Positions 1 through 13,015 of a DNA stretch of 64,000 nucleotides are shown in pieces (position 1 is the first letter of the stretch; every line of letters starts with the position of its first letter). Under the pieces are notes generated by a model. That model was not told the origin of the DNA. It searched no databases and saw nothing but the letters and a program-made list of their open reading frames with translations. This stretch comes from Mobula hypostoma (lineage: Eukaryota): NCBI RefSeq assembly GCF_963921235.1, contig NW_026948187.1, forward strand, positions 1,426,001-1,490,000. The letters run 5' to 3'. Position numbers and translations under genes: made by a program.

Positions 1-29
1 GATAAGAAGGAGCCATCAGTCAGACATGG

Positions 30-520
30 TAAGACATAAGACACAGGAACAGAATTAGGTGATTCGATCCATCTGGTCTGCCTCACCACTCAACCATGGC
101 TGATTTTCATTCCAACACCATATTCCTGCCTTCCTCCTGTGACCCTAAAGCTACTTAGCAATCATGAATATATCAATCTTTGTCATAAATATACCCAAAT
201 GGCAGCCTCAACTAACCTCTGCGGTAACAACTTCCACAGATCAGACTTCTTTAGGCCAAAATATTTTCCTCATCACAGTTTTAAAGGGAAGCATATCTAT
301 TCTGAGACTGTGCTGTCAGATCAGACTCTCTGTCCAATGGGCACATCCTCTCCATATCCATTGTATCCAGGCTTTTCAGCATTCGGTAGGTTTACTTAAC
401 CATACATCTCTCCACCACCCCCACTGTCCCTCTGAACTCCATTGAGCACAGGTTCTGAACCATCAAATGCTCCTCATACATAAAACCGATCATTCCTTAT
501 ATTATTCTTGTAGACCTCGT
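30..520 (-). mobile_element. Degraded CR1-type LINE 3' end
   Basis: Resembles the reverse complement of the CR1 3' tail seen repeatedly in the window (e.g. 60260-60750). Confidence 0.6.
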
Positions 521-1841
521 TAGCAACAACTGCACAAAACACATTTCCAGGAATAACAGACAGATTGGTACCTGTATAATTTACAGGGAAAAGTTGTGCT
601 TTCTTTACTGTACTACTGTCACAGAACAAGCCATTTCCATTCCCAGATTAAAACAGGTCCATTTCAGGAAATATAAACCAGTCCAGGGTGAATGTAATAA
701 AAAGAAACTGGAATTACCAGAAATGCTCAGCAGGTAAGGAACAGCTGTGGGGAGAGGAACAAACATTACAATTCAGGTTAATAACATTTTGTCAGAATGA
801 CTTCAAACATTTTCTGTTTTTAGTGCAGATCTCCAGCAACTCAAGATTCTCTCTGATTTCCACCAAGTGACAGACAGGTGACAGTCAGGGGGGGGTTTCC
901 AAACACAGTTTGAACACCAAACTCACAGGTCTATTTCTACTGTTGTAAACATGGACCAGCCCATTTACTCATAGCCTCTCCCTGTGAGGATGGAATGGGA
1001 ACTCATCCTCTCCTCAGATTAGCAATCATTGCTTCCAAAGGAACTCCAGAAACAAGCATCTGATCCCAGACCAGAAATACTCACTCAAAACCTTATAAGC
1101 CCAAGCAGCTCGATCCCCGGATCCATTTTACCTGGGTCAAAAACTGTGATAACCCAGGACCCAAACTCAGAGTCACACAGCTGAATCTGCCACTCACTAA
1201 CCCTGAGAGTCTCACACATTGCCCCCACATCTCACACTGGGTAGTGCAATCCGGGATTTCCCCACAACCAATGTCCAGCTGCTCAAAATTTCTGCTTCAT
1301 TTCAGAAGGACGACCATCCAGCCCCATTTCTAGAAGCATTAAAGCCAAAACACTGACAGTTCCATATGCCTGTAATGTAGATCACAGAATTATAGCGCAA
1401 GCACCAACTCTCCCAGTACTCTTTCCTGCCAGTAAAATGCTGCAGTGTGTCAGCCAGTCACAATTCAATAACTAGCACCTCCACACCAATGCACAACAGA
1501 ACTGGTACCTGATGACCCTCTGGCATTCTAGCTAAACTGATTCTGGAAATAACACAGCAAGGTCAAAGTTGTAAATGAATACTTCACAATAAAAACAAGG
1601 GTTAGAAGAAAGATTGCTGATATATAATATTGAGGTTGTGAGATACAGGGTGGACCAAGGTTGATCTAGATGGTTTATGTACATCACTGAAGCTGGGGTG
1701 GGGGGTGGGGTTGGGGATTAGGAGACTGGACAGAGGTTGAACAAGATGGGCAGGGATGAGCAGATGGAACCATGTGGGAGAAGGGATCAAGGACAATCAC
1801 TGATGGTCCTCCAGCAATACACAGATACTGAATTAATAGTA

Positions 1842-2097
1842 TCATAGTCATAGTCATACTTTATTGATCCTGGGGAAAATTGTTTTTTGCTACAGTTGCA
1901 CCATAAATAATAATTAGTAATAGAACCATAAATAGTTAAATAGTAATATGTAAATTATGCCAGTAAATTATGAAATAAGTCCAGGACCAGCCTATTGGCT
2001 CAGGGTGTCTGACCCTCCAAGGGAGGAGTTGTAAAGTTTGATGGCCACAGGCAGGAATGACTTCCTATGACGCTCTGTGTTGTATCTTGGTGGAATT
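1842..2097 (-). mobile_element. 5'-truncated Rex1/Babar-like LINE 3' end, specific to the left arm
   Basis: Encodes an ORF C-terminus (PPRYNTERHRKSFLPVAIKLYNS); absent from the paralog at ~59900; flanked by a short AATAGTA duplication. Confidence 0.65.
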
Positions 2098-2439
2098 ACA
2101 ATAGTACATACTACTGTATAAAATGACAAAGTTAGAACAAACAACAAGAACTTTGCCATATATACTTTGATCCTCACCAATTTTTTATCAATACACCATA
2201 GAAAATTTCCAATTCGGACACTTCATATCTTTGCATGGTAACTACTCTGCCTATGACTGTGAGGGACTGCAGAGACCTTTGGATACAGATCAGCAATCAC
2301 AGAAACCATTCTCCTCCCTGGACTTCCCAATCCTTCTGTAAAGCAGACAGTGAAATCAAAGATCCCCATAACCTGGATCGTTCTCCTTTCTCACCCTCCC
2401 CAGTCCGGGAGAAGACACAACAGCCATAAAGCTCAAAGG

Positions 2440-3100
2440 ACAAATGCGAGGAGCCTCAGGAAGAGAGCCGACTTGGGGGAAGTTAACGGGACTCAGGGGC
2501 CAACATCAGATTCCCCCAACACAACAAGGAGGAAACATCACCATCCATCCGGGGATAGTTTAAAGACGCCAAGTGATCTTGCGTCACGAAGCGGAGGGCG
2601 GGCTGATCTGCGGTAAAAAGCCTCACGTGACCAGTTGGCGGGTCTTCCATTTCAATTCTGCGGAAATAGACAGCCTGGGCTCCTGGTTTGGATCGTTCAG
2701 TGCAGATTAAGTGAAGTCGACACATTTCTGACGAGCCCAGATAATTGGAAAATAAATGAGTTCGGGCCTCACGGCCAACATCAGATCTCCCCGCTCGGGA
2801 TCGGTCTCAACACTCACCGATGGGAAAGTGATATCTTCGGCCCGCAGACAGTGATCCCGATCCCCGGCGCCCCGACCCAGGAGGCGATAAGCCTTTGCCG
2901 ATCCCGCAGACGGACTCACTTCAGCACCGAGCGGAAAGGCAAACACCGTCCATATGGGGACTGTGAGCAGGCGCGGAGTGATTGTTGCGTCATCCGGAGG
3001 GCGGGGCCTCGGGAACAGACGCGCAGCTGCTGCCCGCCTGCGGTTAAATGGGAGGGGCGAATGGGATCACGTGACCTGTGGGGTCCCAACCCAGGCAGAG
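2440..3100 (-). promoter_or_regulatory. CpG-rich promoter and probable non-coding first exon of a leftward gene
   Basis: High CpG; GC box GGGCGGGGCC ~2999-3008; E-box TCACGTGA 3067-3074; minus-strand donor CG|GTGAGT at 2817; all conserved in the inverted paralog 58950-59580. Confidence 0.55.
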
Positions 3101-3844
3101 ACTCCAGCAACCCGCCACTCTGTGGAAAGACACAAACTTGTGTATGTACCTGCAGTAATAGACCACAAACTCAGTTTTAATGTAAACTACTGTCTTTATT
3201 AGTATATAGAAAATTAAACAAACTACTCACCGAAACAGAAGTTAACAGTATTCTGCGTTTGTGGCTCCCACACTGTCAAGTTTAGGAACAAGTACTTAAA
3301 GTTTCAAGATGGCAAGTTTCAGTTATCCACGGAATGGGAAAAGTTGTAAATCCACATTAAAATGCAACGAGGAAGTAATCACGAAGAATTTCACTGGTTC
3401 CACGCTGGGAAAACGAAGTAACAGTCACAGAAGATTTTTAGTCACCGAGTCGTATTCCAAAATCCACGAAGAGATTGTACAAGGTGACAGTCACAGGAAT
3501 ATTCTTTAGAACAAGTGGTTGTTACACAACACCCGAATCCATGCAAGTGTTAACGAAAGTGGTCGCTACAGAAAAACTCCAACAGTCCACTTATGGATCA
3601 AAACAGTGACAATCACACATTCAATATGCACTGCGCGCCGCTCCTTCACCCAGTCCTTTTGGCATGGGAAAAGTATCAAACTTTTACCCATTACTTTAGC
3701 AAACTTCAGCTTGCAGTCCTCCCTCTCTCTCTCTCTCTCAGACTGAGAGCTCCAGCAGTCAGTGTAGTGACGTCACACTCCCGCCTCCTGCAGACTCTCT
3801 TAAAGAAACACCCACAGCAAAATGAAACCTGTGATCTCGTAACA
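3100..3844 (-). mobile_element. LTR (solo, one end lost)
   Basis: Minus strand starts TGTTAC at 3844; TGACGTCA and (GA)n segment similar to the LTR at 55052. Confidence 0.5.
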
Positions 3845-5320
3845 CTTGCCCCTCATATCTCCTCTCACCATAAATGCATTAGACATTTCAACCCCCAGAA
3901 AAAATACATCGTCTGCCCGCTCTATCTATTCCTCTCGTAATCTTATAAACGTCCATCCAGTCTCAGACCAGCCTGCGCCGCTCTGCAGAAAACAACGCAA
4001 GTTTGTGTAACCTCTCGTTATATCTCTCTTAGCCACCCGATCAATCTGTGCAGTCTCTTTCAGGGAGCTGTGAACTTGGATCCAATATCCCTCTGCTCAT
4101 CGACACTGTTCAGGGTCTTGCATTTAACAGTGTACTGTCTCTCTACATTCGACCGACCGAGCTGCCAAGATGATCATCACTAATCAAATCTCACTGAGAT
4201 TTCTCAGGTCCTGTTGAATTTATTGCCAAGTGCACAAGTACGGGAAGGTACAGGTACAGAGAAACACTGACTTGTGGCAGCATCACAGGCAAGTACATTC
4301 AGATAACACACGGAACACAAATTATACGATTCTCTGTCAGTAACAATCTATAAATATGTTGTGTCCTGATCAATATTAAAATGTGCATTTTGTGTCAATA
4401 ACAGACTTGGAAATGTTGAACTTGATCTCTGTCTCCATTCCTCCTGTAGTCCACAACCAGCTCCTTTGTTTTTGTCACCATGAGGGAGAGGTTGTTTTCT
4501 TGACACCAGTGTGTCGGGGTGATGATTTCTTCTCTGCCGGTTGCCTCGTTATTATTTGAGATTAGGCCAATCAGTGTAGTGTCGTCAGGGAATTTAATTA
4601 GCAGATTGGATCTGTGAGTGGCGACACAGTCATGGGAATACAGAGAGTAAAGGAGGGGGCCAAGGAGACAACCCTGTGGGGTATGAGTGCTGAGGGTCAG
4701 AGAGACAGAGGTGAGGGAGCCCACTCTTACCACCTGCCGGCGATCTGACAGGAAGTCCTGGATCCAGCTACACAAGGCAGGGTGAAGGCCGAGGTCTCTG
4801 AGCTTGTCGATACTTCACGCCTTCGTATGGCTACTGCTCTGCCCATGACCGCAAGGAACTGCAGAGAGCTTTGGAGAGCAGAGAACATCAGAGAAACAAA
4901 CCTCCCCTCCATGGACTCTTCCTACACTTCCCCTGCATCGGAAAAGCAGGCCATGTACTCAAAGATCCTCACAACCCGGACATTCTTGCTGCAAACCCGC
5001 TCCACCAGCGGGGAAGAGATACAAAAGCCTTAAAGCCCGTAACACCGGGCTCAAGGACGGCTTCCTGTCTGCGGTTATAAGCCAAATGAATGGTCTCCAG
5101 TCCAATAAAATGGACTCGACCTCACAATGTAACCCGACGTGACCCTGCACCATATGTCTATCTGCACTGCACTTTCTCTGCAGCCATAATGCTTTGTTAC
5201 AGTTATTGTTTTGTCGTATATCAGCTCAATGTATTGTTGTAACGTGTAGATCTGTGTGGATCGTACGTCAGGCAAGATTTTCACTGTAGCTCAGTAGGTG
5301 ATAAAAATAAACAAATTCCC
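3845..5320. repeat. Composite CR1/Rex1 block; inverted copies at 53650-57465 and 57470-58940
   Basis: Near-identical translations (MKAEVSEL..DTSRLRMATALPMTARNCRE) at 4782(+), 53942-54196(-) and 57687-57941(-); Rex1-like RT fragment LIKF(P/V/A)DDTT. Confidence 0.85.
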
Positions 5321-5940
5321 CATCTCTGTTCTAAATGGACGTCCTTCAATACGGAAGTCTCTTGTCCTAGAATCCCCTATCATGGGAAATCAGCTTTGCC
5401 ATATCTAATCTGTTCAGGTCATTTAACAATCAAAATGTTTCTATGAGATCCCCCCTCATTCTCCTGAACTCCAAGGAATACCGCCCAAGAGCTGCCAGAC
5501 ATTCCTGATACGGTAGACCTTTCATTCCTGGAAACATTTTCGTGAATCTTCTCTGAACCCTCTCCAATGTCAGTATATCATTTCTAAAATAAGGATTCGA
5601 AAACTTCACACAATAGTCTGTGTGATCTCAGGAGTGCCTTATAGAGACTCGCCATCTCATCTCTGCTCTTATATTCCATACCTCTAGAAATGAATGTCAA
5701 CGTTGCATTTGACTTCTTCACCACCGACTCAACCTGGAAGTTAACCTTTAGGGTATCCTGCACAAGGACTCCCAAGTCCATTTCCACCTCTGCATTTTGA
5801 ATTCTCTCCCCATCTAAATAATAGTCTGCCCATTTATTTCGTCCACCAGAGTGCATGACCATACACTTTCCAACATTGTATTTCATTTGCCACTTCCTTG
5901 CCCATTCCCCTAAGCTATCTAAGTCTCTCTGCAGGCTCCG
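5320..5940 (-). mobile_element. CR1 LINE ORF2 3' fragment
   Basis: KYNVGKCMVMH...DLGVLV...KSRDEMASLYKAL, typical CR1 RT C-terminus. Confidence 0.8.
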
Positions 5941-6859
5941 TAATCTCTCCAGTTACTTCCTTCCGAACCTGAGGGTGCATTCCATCAGGTCCAGGAGATT
6001 TATCCACACTCAGACTATTAAGCTTCCTGAATGAAGTCGAATATTGAAAGGCCTGGATAGAGACGTCGTGGAGGGCTGCAGTATCTGGTTATCACAATGC
6101 CATAAATACAACTTAAATATACAAACGATAGGCTTGCTCCCCAGCTTGAGATTCTAAATTGGAGAATGGTGCTTTATTCACAAAATCCTCATAGCCCACT
6201 GTGACTGTGCACTGATCCCAGCAATGGAACGCGCCACTGTAGCCCCACAGTGAACTATGTACAGATTGCAAAGCTACGAAATTGCATGTGAATAGCGCCC
6301 CCCACCCCCCAACTCCACACTTTCTGCGTTACCAGCAGACTGGGACATCTCACATCCGCCCGGCCATTAAACTGTGAACAACTGTGGTCAGGGACTGATC
6401 TCTGGGGTACTCCAAACGCTACCCGCTTCCAGTCTGAAAACGACCCACTCATCCAGCCACACACTACCGGCAGTTTATCGATCTCCAACGAGAAAGCATA
6501 ATAACCTACTCCTGAGGTTCAATACCATTGCTGACTGTGAGTTTACCACCGTGAGATGCCGAGGTACATAATAATCAGAAAGTCTCTAGTCACAGCCGTG
6601 TATATAAAACGTGATCTCAGTGGGTGTGTGGCGCATGTTCAGAATGCGAAGGAGACAGACAAACTGAGCCAAGTCAAAGACTGATGAAGGGCAGGAATGA
6701 TCCATTTTGATACAGAGACGGAAGCAGAGAGTTTGATATTGTGCCTGATGCCGGAACTGTAGCCAGTTAGAAGATGAAGTGTTTTTCCTCCAAATTGTTT
6801 TGAGCTGTGACAGTGTTTTTATCAGAAGGCACCATGGAGACTAAAATTATCTGAGTTGA

Positions 6860-7610
6860 AACACTGTCCTTCACCCACTGACGGGCTTTGTAAACTTTTA
6901 ACAGTGTAGAAAAGTCAAAGCATTTGTGTATGGGAATCACAAACACAACAGCACGTTCGTTCCGCTGTATCTGTCAGTTCACCAGCGCTTGAATGCCGCC
7001 GATCCTTGAATGTGGAGGTGGAGATGCTGGAGAAGACAGCGCCCCACTCGCTACAAGGAGAGCCCGATCACGTGTCCATGTCCGTGATCTGATTGGATAC
7101 ATCGCCATGACGTTGATAGCAGTGTGATGTCATTCACTGGCTCTCATTTTGGAAGGAATTCAGTCGCCATCGCAGATACACCAACAGCTTCGCACTGGGA
7201 AGCGGCCGTTCACCTGCTCCGTGTGTGCGAAGAGACTCATTCAGTTAACCCACCTTGTGATGCTCCGGTGAGTTCACAATAAATAGAGGCCACATTTCTG
7301 TCCGGAGTGAGCAAAGAGTTTTACTAAACCACCCCGGCTGCTGCAACATCAGCAACTTCACATCAGGGAGGAAATTCAAATCAGTTCTGTGTTAAATGTT
7401 TAACCATCACGATGACTGAAGGCAGCTGCAGGTTCATGAGGGACTGCTACCGTCAAAATTTGCAGTTCTTGTGGCTGCTCATCGCACCCAGGACTGAACC
7501 CTGGTCACTGAGCATTAGGGGAGTCCATTCTGCTGATGTTAGCCTTAAACTGGACTGATGTTTAATATTGTGGATCTGTGAAAGATAAATCAGTTCTGTA
7601 TCAAATCCCG
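6860..7610 (+). pseudogene. Decayed C2H2 ZNF relic (acceptor region, degenerate fingers, 3' UTR)
   Basis: 6865-6945 resembles the ZNF acceptor block at 18298-18380; [11 protein letters not shown] at ~7194-7227; 7495-7600 resembles the ZNF-C 3' UTR (45020-45125 rc). Confidence 0.7.
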
Positions 7611-7809
7611 TGTCTCGGGTACTTACGGTCTCTGCCACACTCTCAATGTAAACTAGGGAGGCCACTCAGACTATTTGATTCCTGCCCATGTTTCTGTTCC
7701 ATATCAGTATATCAAAATCTATCCCTGCCGTTTCCCTCTCACTCTCCCTGTGATGACAGGTTGCAACCAGTCACCACTCCGTGGGATAGATTTCCATTGA
7801 ATTTCACGG

Positions 7810-8160
7810 AATCATAGAAATCTACATCACGTTACAGGCCCTTCGGCCCACAGTGGTGTGCCGACCATGTACCTTACTCCAGAAACTGCCTAGAATTTCC
7901 CTTCTGCATAGCCCTCTATTTTCCTAATCTCCATGTACCTATCTAAGAGTCTCTTAAAATACCCTATTGTATTCGCCTCTACCACCGTTGCTGGCAATGC
8001 ATTCCACAGACACACCACTCTTTGTTTAGAAAACGTAGCTCTGAAATCTCCTCTGTACCTACTTCCAAGCACCTTAAACCTATGACCCCTCGTGTTTGCT
8101 GTTTCAGCCCTGGGAAGAAACCTCCGGCTATCCACACGACCAATGCCTGTCATCCTACAC
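7810..8160 (-). mobile_element. CR1 LINE 3' end (paralog 52420-52770 +)
   Basis: NTRGHRFKV...QRVVCLWNALP...FKRLLDRYM motif. Confidence 0.8.
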
Positions 8161-8569
8161 GCCTGCATCAATTTCCTGCATGCTTCTTTCCAGGCTGAAT
8201 AAGAGAGTGAGCGCACTGGGGTTATGACGTTCTTCAGGGCTCTTGCTAAAGTTGGTTAAACTCCTTCTTCCCTCCTCTTTTCAACGTTTTGTGTCATTTT
8301 CACTCTTTTCAAAGGACTGCGCTTCAGACAGCTTGGTTGTCCCCCGTGTTTTATATCTGCATTTGTAAGAAGGTTCTACTTTGGCATCAGAAACGCGGAA
8401 ATTTCGCTGATATTAAGTGTATTGTTTATGGGAGCTGCTTTGTGCGTTAAAAGAGCTGCTCAGTTATCCACATTTAAAAAAGAAACTGAGGTACGGACGT
8501 AAAACCTTTGCTTGCAGAAACTTTTAATGGCACCTTAATTACCCAGAAACCTCAACGTTCCAAATTTCG

Positions 8570-8880
8570 CTCTCGCTGAAGCATCGATCGAATGCGCAGG
8601 CGTCAGGGTTGAGGTTCGTCCCGAATATCACGCATGCGCGCAGTATGCAAATAGTCTCGGGTATCCATAGGCCTCCGGAAATCGGCTCAGGTGAGATATG
8701 AGCTGCAGGTAAGAATGAATCCCTGGGCGCGGGTTTTTCAACACCGACTTCTGGGACATTTGCTGTGAACTCTGGAAATCGTGACCCGGAATACCGGGAT
8801 AGTCCTGCTGTCTTCCCTCTCTTTCAGCCCCACGCTCCGAACACGGGCCCCGGGGACCGATGGATCTCTCAGCCAGAGCT
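8570..8880 (+). promoter_or_regulatory. Probable promoter and first exon of ZNF-A
   Basis: CpG-rich; NRF1-like CGCATGCGCGCA 8631-8642; donor CAG|GTAAGA at 8708/8709; mirrored at 50680-50960. Confidence 0.55.
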
Positions 8881-9007
8881 GAGCTCCAGCTGTCTAAATG
8901 CAAGGATTGGGAACTCGGAGAAAGGGAACAAAATCTTTTATATCAGCAGTTGAGAAAATCACCTTTGTTCTACCTCCAATCACAAACAAGAGAAAGTCTG
9001 CAGATGT

Positions 9008-9240
9008 CCAGAGTGAATGGGTCAAAACATGTCCTCACGGCGAGAAAGGTCCAGAACAAGAGGAGGTAGAACGAGTAACACACACAAAATGCTGAAGGAA
9101 CTCAGCATTAGGACTCTTTTCCATAGATGTTGCCTGGCCTGCTGAGTTCCTCCAGCATTTTGTGTGTGTTGCTTGTTCTACCTCCTCTTGTTCTGCACCT
9201 TTCTACCCGTGAGGACATGTTTTGACCCATTCTCTCTGGG
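9008..9240. repeat. Hairpin with ~100-bp arms built on a Penelope-derived repeat
   Basis: 9008-9107 is the near reverse complement of 9140-9239. Confidence 0.85.
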
Positions 9241-9334
9241 TACATAATGATACCAAGCACCTTTGCCCTGAACAACAAGTAGCTTTCACATCACAAATGT
9301 GCCAGACTCCAGTGAGACAGACTACTGCCCTTCT

Positions 9335-11328
9335 CTTTGTACTTTACACTTCGTTGTCGCCAGACAATTGATACTAGAACGTACAATCATCACAGCGATA
9401 TTTGATTCTGCACTTTCCGCTCCCTGGATTACAAATATTAAATATTAAAAATAGTAAAAATTAGTAAATGTTAAAAATTTAAATTATAAATCATAAATAG
9501 AAAATAGAAAAATAGAAAGTAAGGTAGTGCAAAAAAACCGAGAGATAGGTCCGGATATTTGAAGGGTACGGCCCAGATCCGGGTCAGGATCCATTCAGCA
9601 GTCTTATCACAGTTGGAAAGAATCTGTTCCCAAATCTGGCCGTACGAGTCTTGAAGCTCCTGAGCCTTCTCCCGGAGGGAAGAGGGACAAAAAGCATGTT
9701 GGCTGGGTAGGTCGTGTCCTTGATTATCCTGGCAGCACTGCTCCAACAGAGTGCGGTGTAAAGTGAGCCCAAGGACGGAAGGTTGGTTTGTGTGATGTTC
9801 TGCTCCATGTTCACAATCTTCTGCAGCTTCTTTCGGTCTTGGACAGGACAACTTCCATACCAGGTTGTGATGCACCCAAGAAGAGTGCTTTCTACAGTGC
9901 ATCTATAAAAATTAGTGAGGGTTTTAGGGGACAGGCCAAATTTCTTTAGTTTTCTCAGGAAGTAAAGGTGCTGGTGGGCCTTCTTGGCAGTGAACTCTAT
10001 TTGGTTGGACCAAGTCAGGTCATTTGTGATATTGACCCTGAGGAACTTAAAGCGTTTGACCTGTTCCACTTGCGCACCACCGATGTAAATTGGGTCGTGC
10101 GGTCCGCTACTCCTTCTGAAATCAACAACCAATTCCTTCGTCTTGCTGACATTGAGGAATAGGTTATTGTCTTCACACCATGCCACCAGGTTCTTAATTT
10201 TCTCTCTGTACTCAAACTCATCATTACCCGAGATATGGCCTACAATTGTTGTGTCATCAGCAAACTTATATATTGAGTTTGATGGAAACTTGGCTACACA
10301 ATCATGGGTGTACAGTGAGTACAGCAGGGGACTGAGTACATAGCTTTGTGGGGCACCGGTGCTCAGAGTGATTGTAGAAGAGAGCTTGTCCCCTATTTTT
10401 ACAGCCTGGGTCCTGTCTGTGAGGAAGTTGAAGATCCGGCTGCAGATCTGAGTGCTAAGGCCCAGATTCCGGAGTTTAGGAATCAGTTTATTTGGAATGA
10501 TGGTATTAAAGGCAGAGCTGTAGTCAATGAAAAGGAGCCTTACGGATGCGTCTTTATTCTTCAGGTGTCCTAAGGAGGAATGTAGGTCCAGAGAGATGGC
10601 ATCTGCCGTTGACCTGTTGCTCTGGTAGGCGAATTGCAAAGTGTCGAGGTTGACTGGTAGGCTGTGGTTGATGTGTGCCATAACCAATCTCTCGAAACAC
10701 TTCATAGCAATTGATGTCAGAGCCGCAGGTTGATAGTCATTCAGGCATGCCGCCTTGCTCTTCTTCGGCACTGGGATTATCAATGCCTTCTTAAAACACG
10801 AGGGGATCTTAGAGTGAAGCAAGGAGCAGTTGAAGATGTCAGCAAACACTCCAGCTAGCTCGCTTGCACAGCCCCGGAGAACCCATCCTGGGACGCCATC
10901 TGGGCCCGTCACCTTCCTTGGATTTATCTCAGGAAGGCCCTTCTGAAGTCCTTCTCGATGCCACCAGGTCTGGTTCATCCGGAGGAAGCGGGACGCTCCT
11001 TTTCTGCTCGAATCTTGCGTAGAATACATTTAGTTCATCAGGAAGAGAAGCGCCACAGTTATTGATATTCCCAGCCTTTTCTTTGCTCTCAGTGATCTCA
11101 TTTAGACCCTGCCATAGTCTACTGGCATCCCTCTGGTTAGCCTGGACTTCCAACTTGGCTTGATATTGCCTCTTGGCGCCCTTAATGGCTTTCCGGAGTT
11201 CACGCCTGGATTCCGTGTAGCAACCGGTATCCCCGGACCTAAAAGCCACAGCTCTAGCCTTTAAAAGAGACGACCTCACAATTCATCCAAGGTTTCCAGT
11301 TAGGGAATACCTGGATCGTCTTGCGAGA
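9335..11328 (-). mobile_element. Rex1/Babar-clade LINE, 5'-truncated, RT nearly intact
   Basis: ORFs 10929-11279 and 9584-11029 (frameshift near 10950): [33 protein letters not shown]; absent from the paralog at ~50300. Confidence 0.9.
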
Positions 11329-11379
11329 TAATATCCATTGGCATTGCCATCACTGAGTTCACCACCGTCAGTCACCTGA

Positions 11380-11760
11380 GAAAATACAACACAGAAACTG
11401 GTGTTACCTGTGTGTATTGTGGCGATGCAAAAGTTGCTGGAGAATTTGCAAGTGGGAAGAAGTGGAGTGATAATTGGAAATCTAACTTTTTAAAGCATCA
11501 TTTAGCAAGAAAATCACATATAGGCGGTGTGCGAAAGCTCTGGTTAGAAAATCCTTCATTACCCGCTATAGGCCTGCTACATAGATTGTGTGAGAATGCA
11601 GATGAACGTGATCGAACCCAGAGGAGATCAAAGTTCTTATCGACAGTGATTTGCTCACTGTTGAAATGAATACCTCTCTATATAAAGTTCAGTTTACACA
11701 TGTTGTCACTGGGCAAGAATTGTACAGCACAAGATTTTTGCACACACTGGTCATTACAAA
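11380..11760 (+). mobile_element. Possible hAT-type transposase N-terminal remnant (paralog 49880-50260 -)
   Basis: TCVYCGDAK...W...FLKHHLARKSH resembles the Zn finger of hAT/ZNF862-type transposases. Confidence 0.4.
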
Positions 11761-12235
11761 TTACAGCAGACGTTGGTGGGAAGGAGGGGAGACCTCCAGT
11801 GTCCCTGATACCCTCACATTCCTGACTCCCTATAACCCTGCACGTTAGGGAGTTGGAATTTCAAATGGATGAATTCCAGATCATCCAGGAGTTGGAGGGG
11901 GTGATAGATATGACATGAAGAGAGGTGAGTTACACCAGAGGTGTGGGATACAGGAAACTGGGTGAGGGTCAGGAAGGGGAATGAGGTTAAATAGCCACTG
12001 CTGAGAACACTTGTGGCCATCCCACAGAACAACAGGTAAACCTCCTTAGAAACTGCTGGCAGGGAATTAGCTGGCACAGGAAAGACAAAGGTGTGATAGG
12101 GGATTCATTAGTTCGGGGAACAGAACGAGAAGGGGACTAATATCCTAGTGGTCATGCTTGCTAGTGCTGGTGGATGTTAAACTGAAGTTGCAGGGCGGAT
12201 GGGAGCCAGAATGCCAGAACAGATAGTGGAGACAT

Positions 12236-13015
12236 TGAATTGAATTGACTTTATTACTTACATCCCTCATATACATGTGGAGTAGAAATCTTTATGTTCC
12301 ATATCCATCTAAATGTGTAATTTATAGTAATTTATAATAAATAGTATTTAAAACAGGACAGTCAGTGTAATATAGAAATACAATTGTATCAGCATAAATA
12401 TATCAGTCTGATCACCTGGTGGAAGGAGCTGTCCTAGAGCCTGTTGATCCTGGCTTTCATGCTGTGGTACCGTTTCCCAGATGGTAGAAGCTGGAACAGT
12501 TTGTGGCTGGGCAGACTCGGGGCTTCGGTGATCCTTCAGGCCCTTTTTACACACCTGTCATTGTAAATGTCCTGAATAGTGGAAAATTCACATCTACAGA
12601 TGCGCTGGGCTGCCCGCACCACTCTCTGCAGGTTCCTGCGATTGTGGGAAGATACAGTTCCCATACCAGGCAGTGATGCAGCCAGTCAGGATGCTCTCAA
12701 TTGTGTCCCTGTTGAAAGTTCTTAGGATTTGGGGGCACATTCCAAACTTTTTCAACCATCTGAGTTGAAAGAGGTACTGTTGTGCTTTTTTCACCACACA
12801 GACAGTATGTACAGACCACGTGAGATCCTTGGTGATGTGGATGCTGAGGAGCTCAAAGCTGTTCACCCTCTCATCCCCAGATGCATCGATGTCAATGAGG
12901 GTTAGCCTGTCCCCATTCCTTCTGTAATTCACAACCCGTCTCCATTTCTTCTGTAATCCACAACCAGCTCCTTTTATTCTGTGACATTGAGGAAGTGGTT
13001 GTTTTCTTGACACCA
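12236..13015 (-). mobile_element. Rex1-like LINE 3' fragment
   Basis: DLTWSVHT..VVKKAQQYLFQLRWLKKFG...IESILTGCITAWYG; (ATTGA)n-like tail at 12236. Confidence 0.8.

Noticed and set aside
2635-3180. 181-aa ORF partly conserved at 59168-59401
   Set aside because: Similarity comes from the segmental duplication; the frames diverge after ~40 codons; GC-rich promoter DNA.
3077-3816. Element bounded by TGTGGG...CCCACA
   Set aside because: No TSD, and 3077-3100 aligns with the paralogous promoter flank near 58945-58970.
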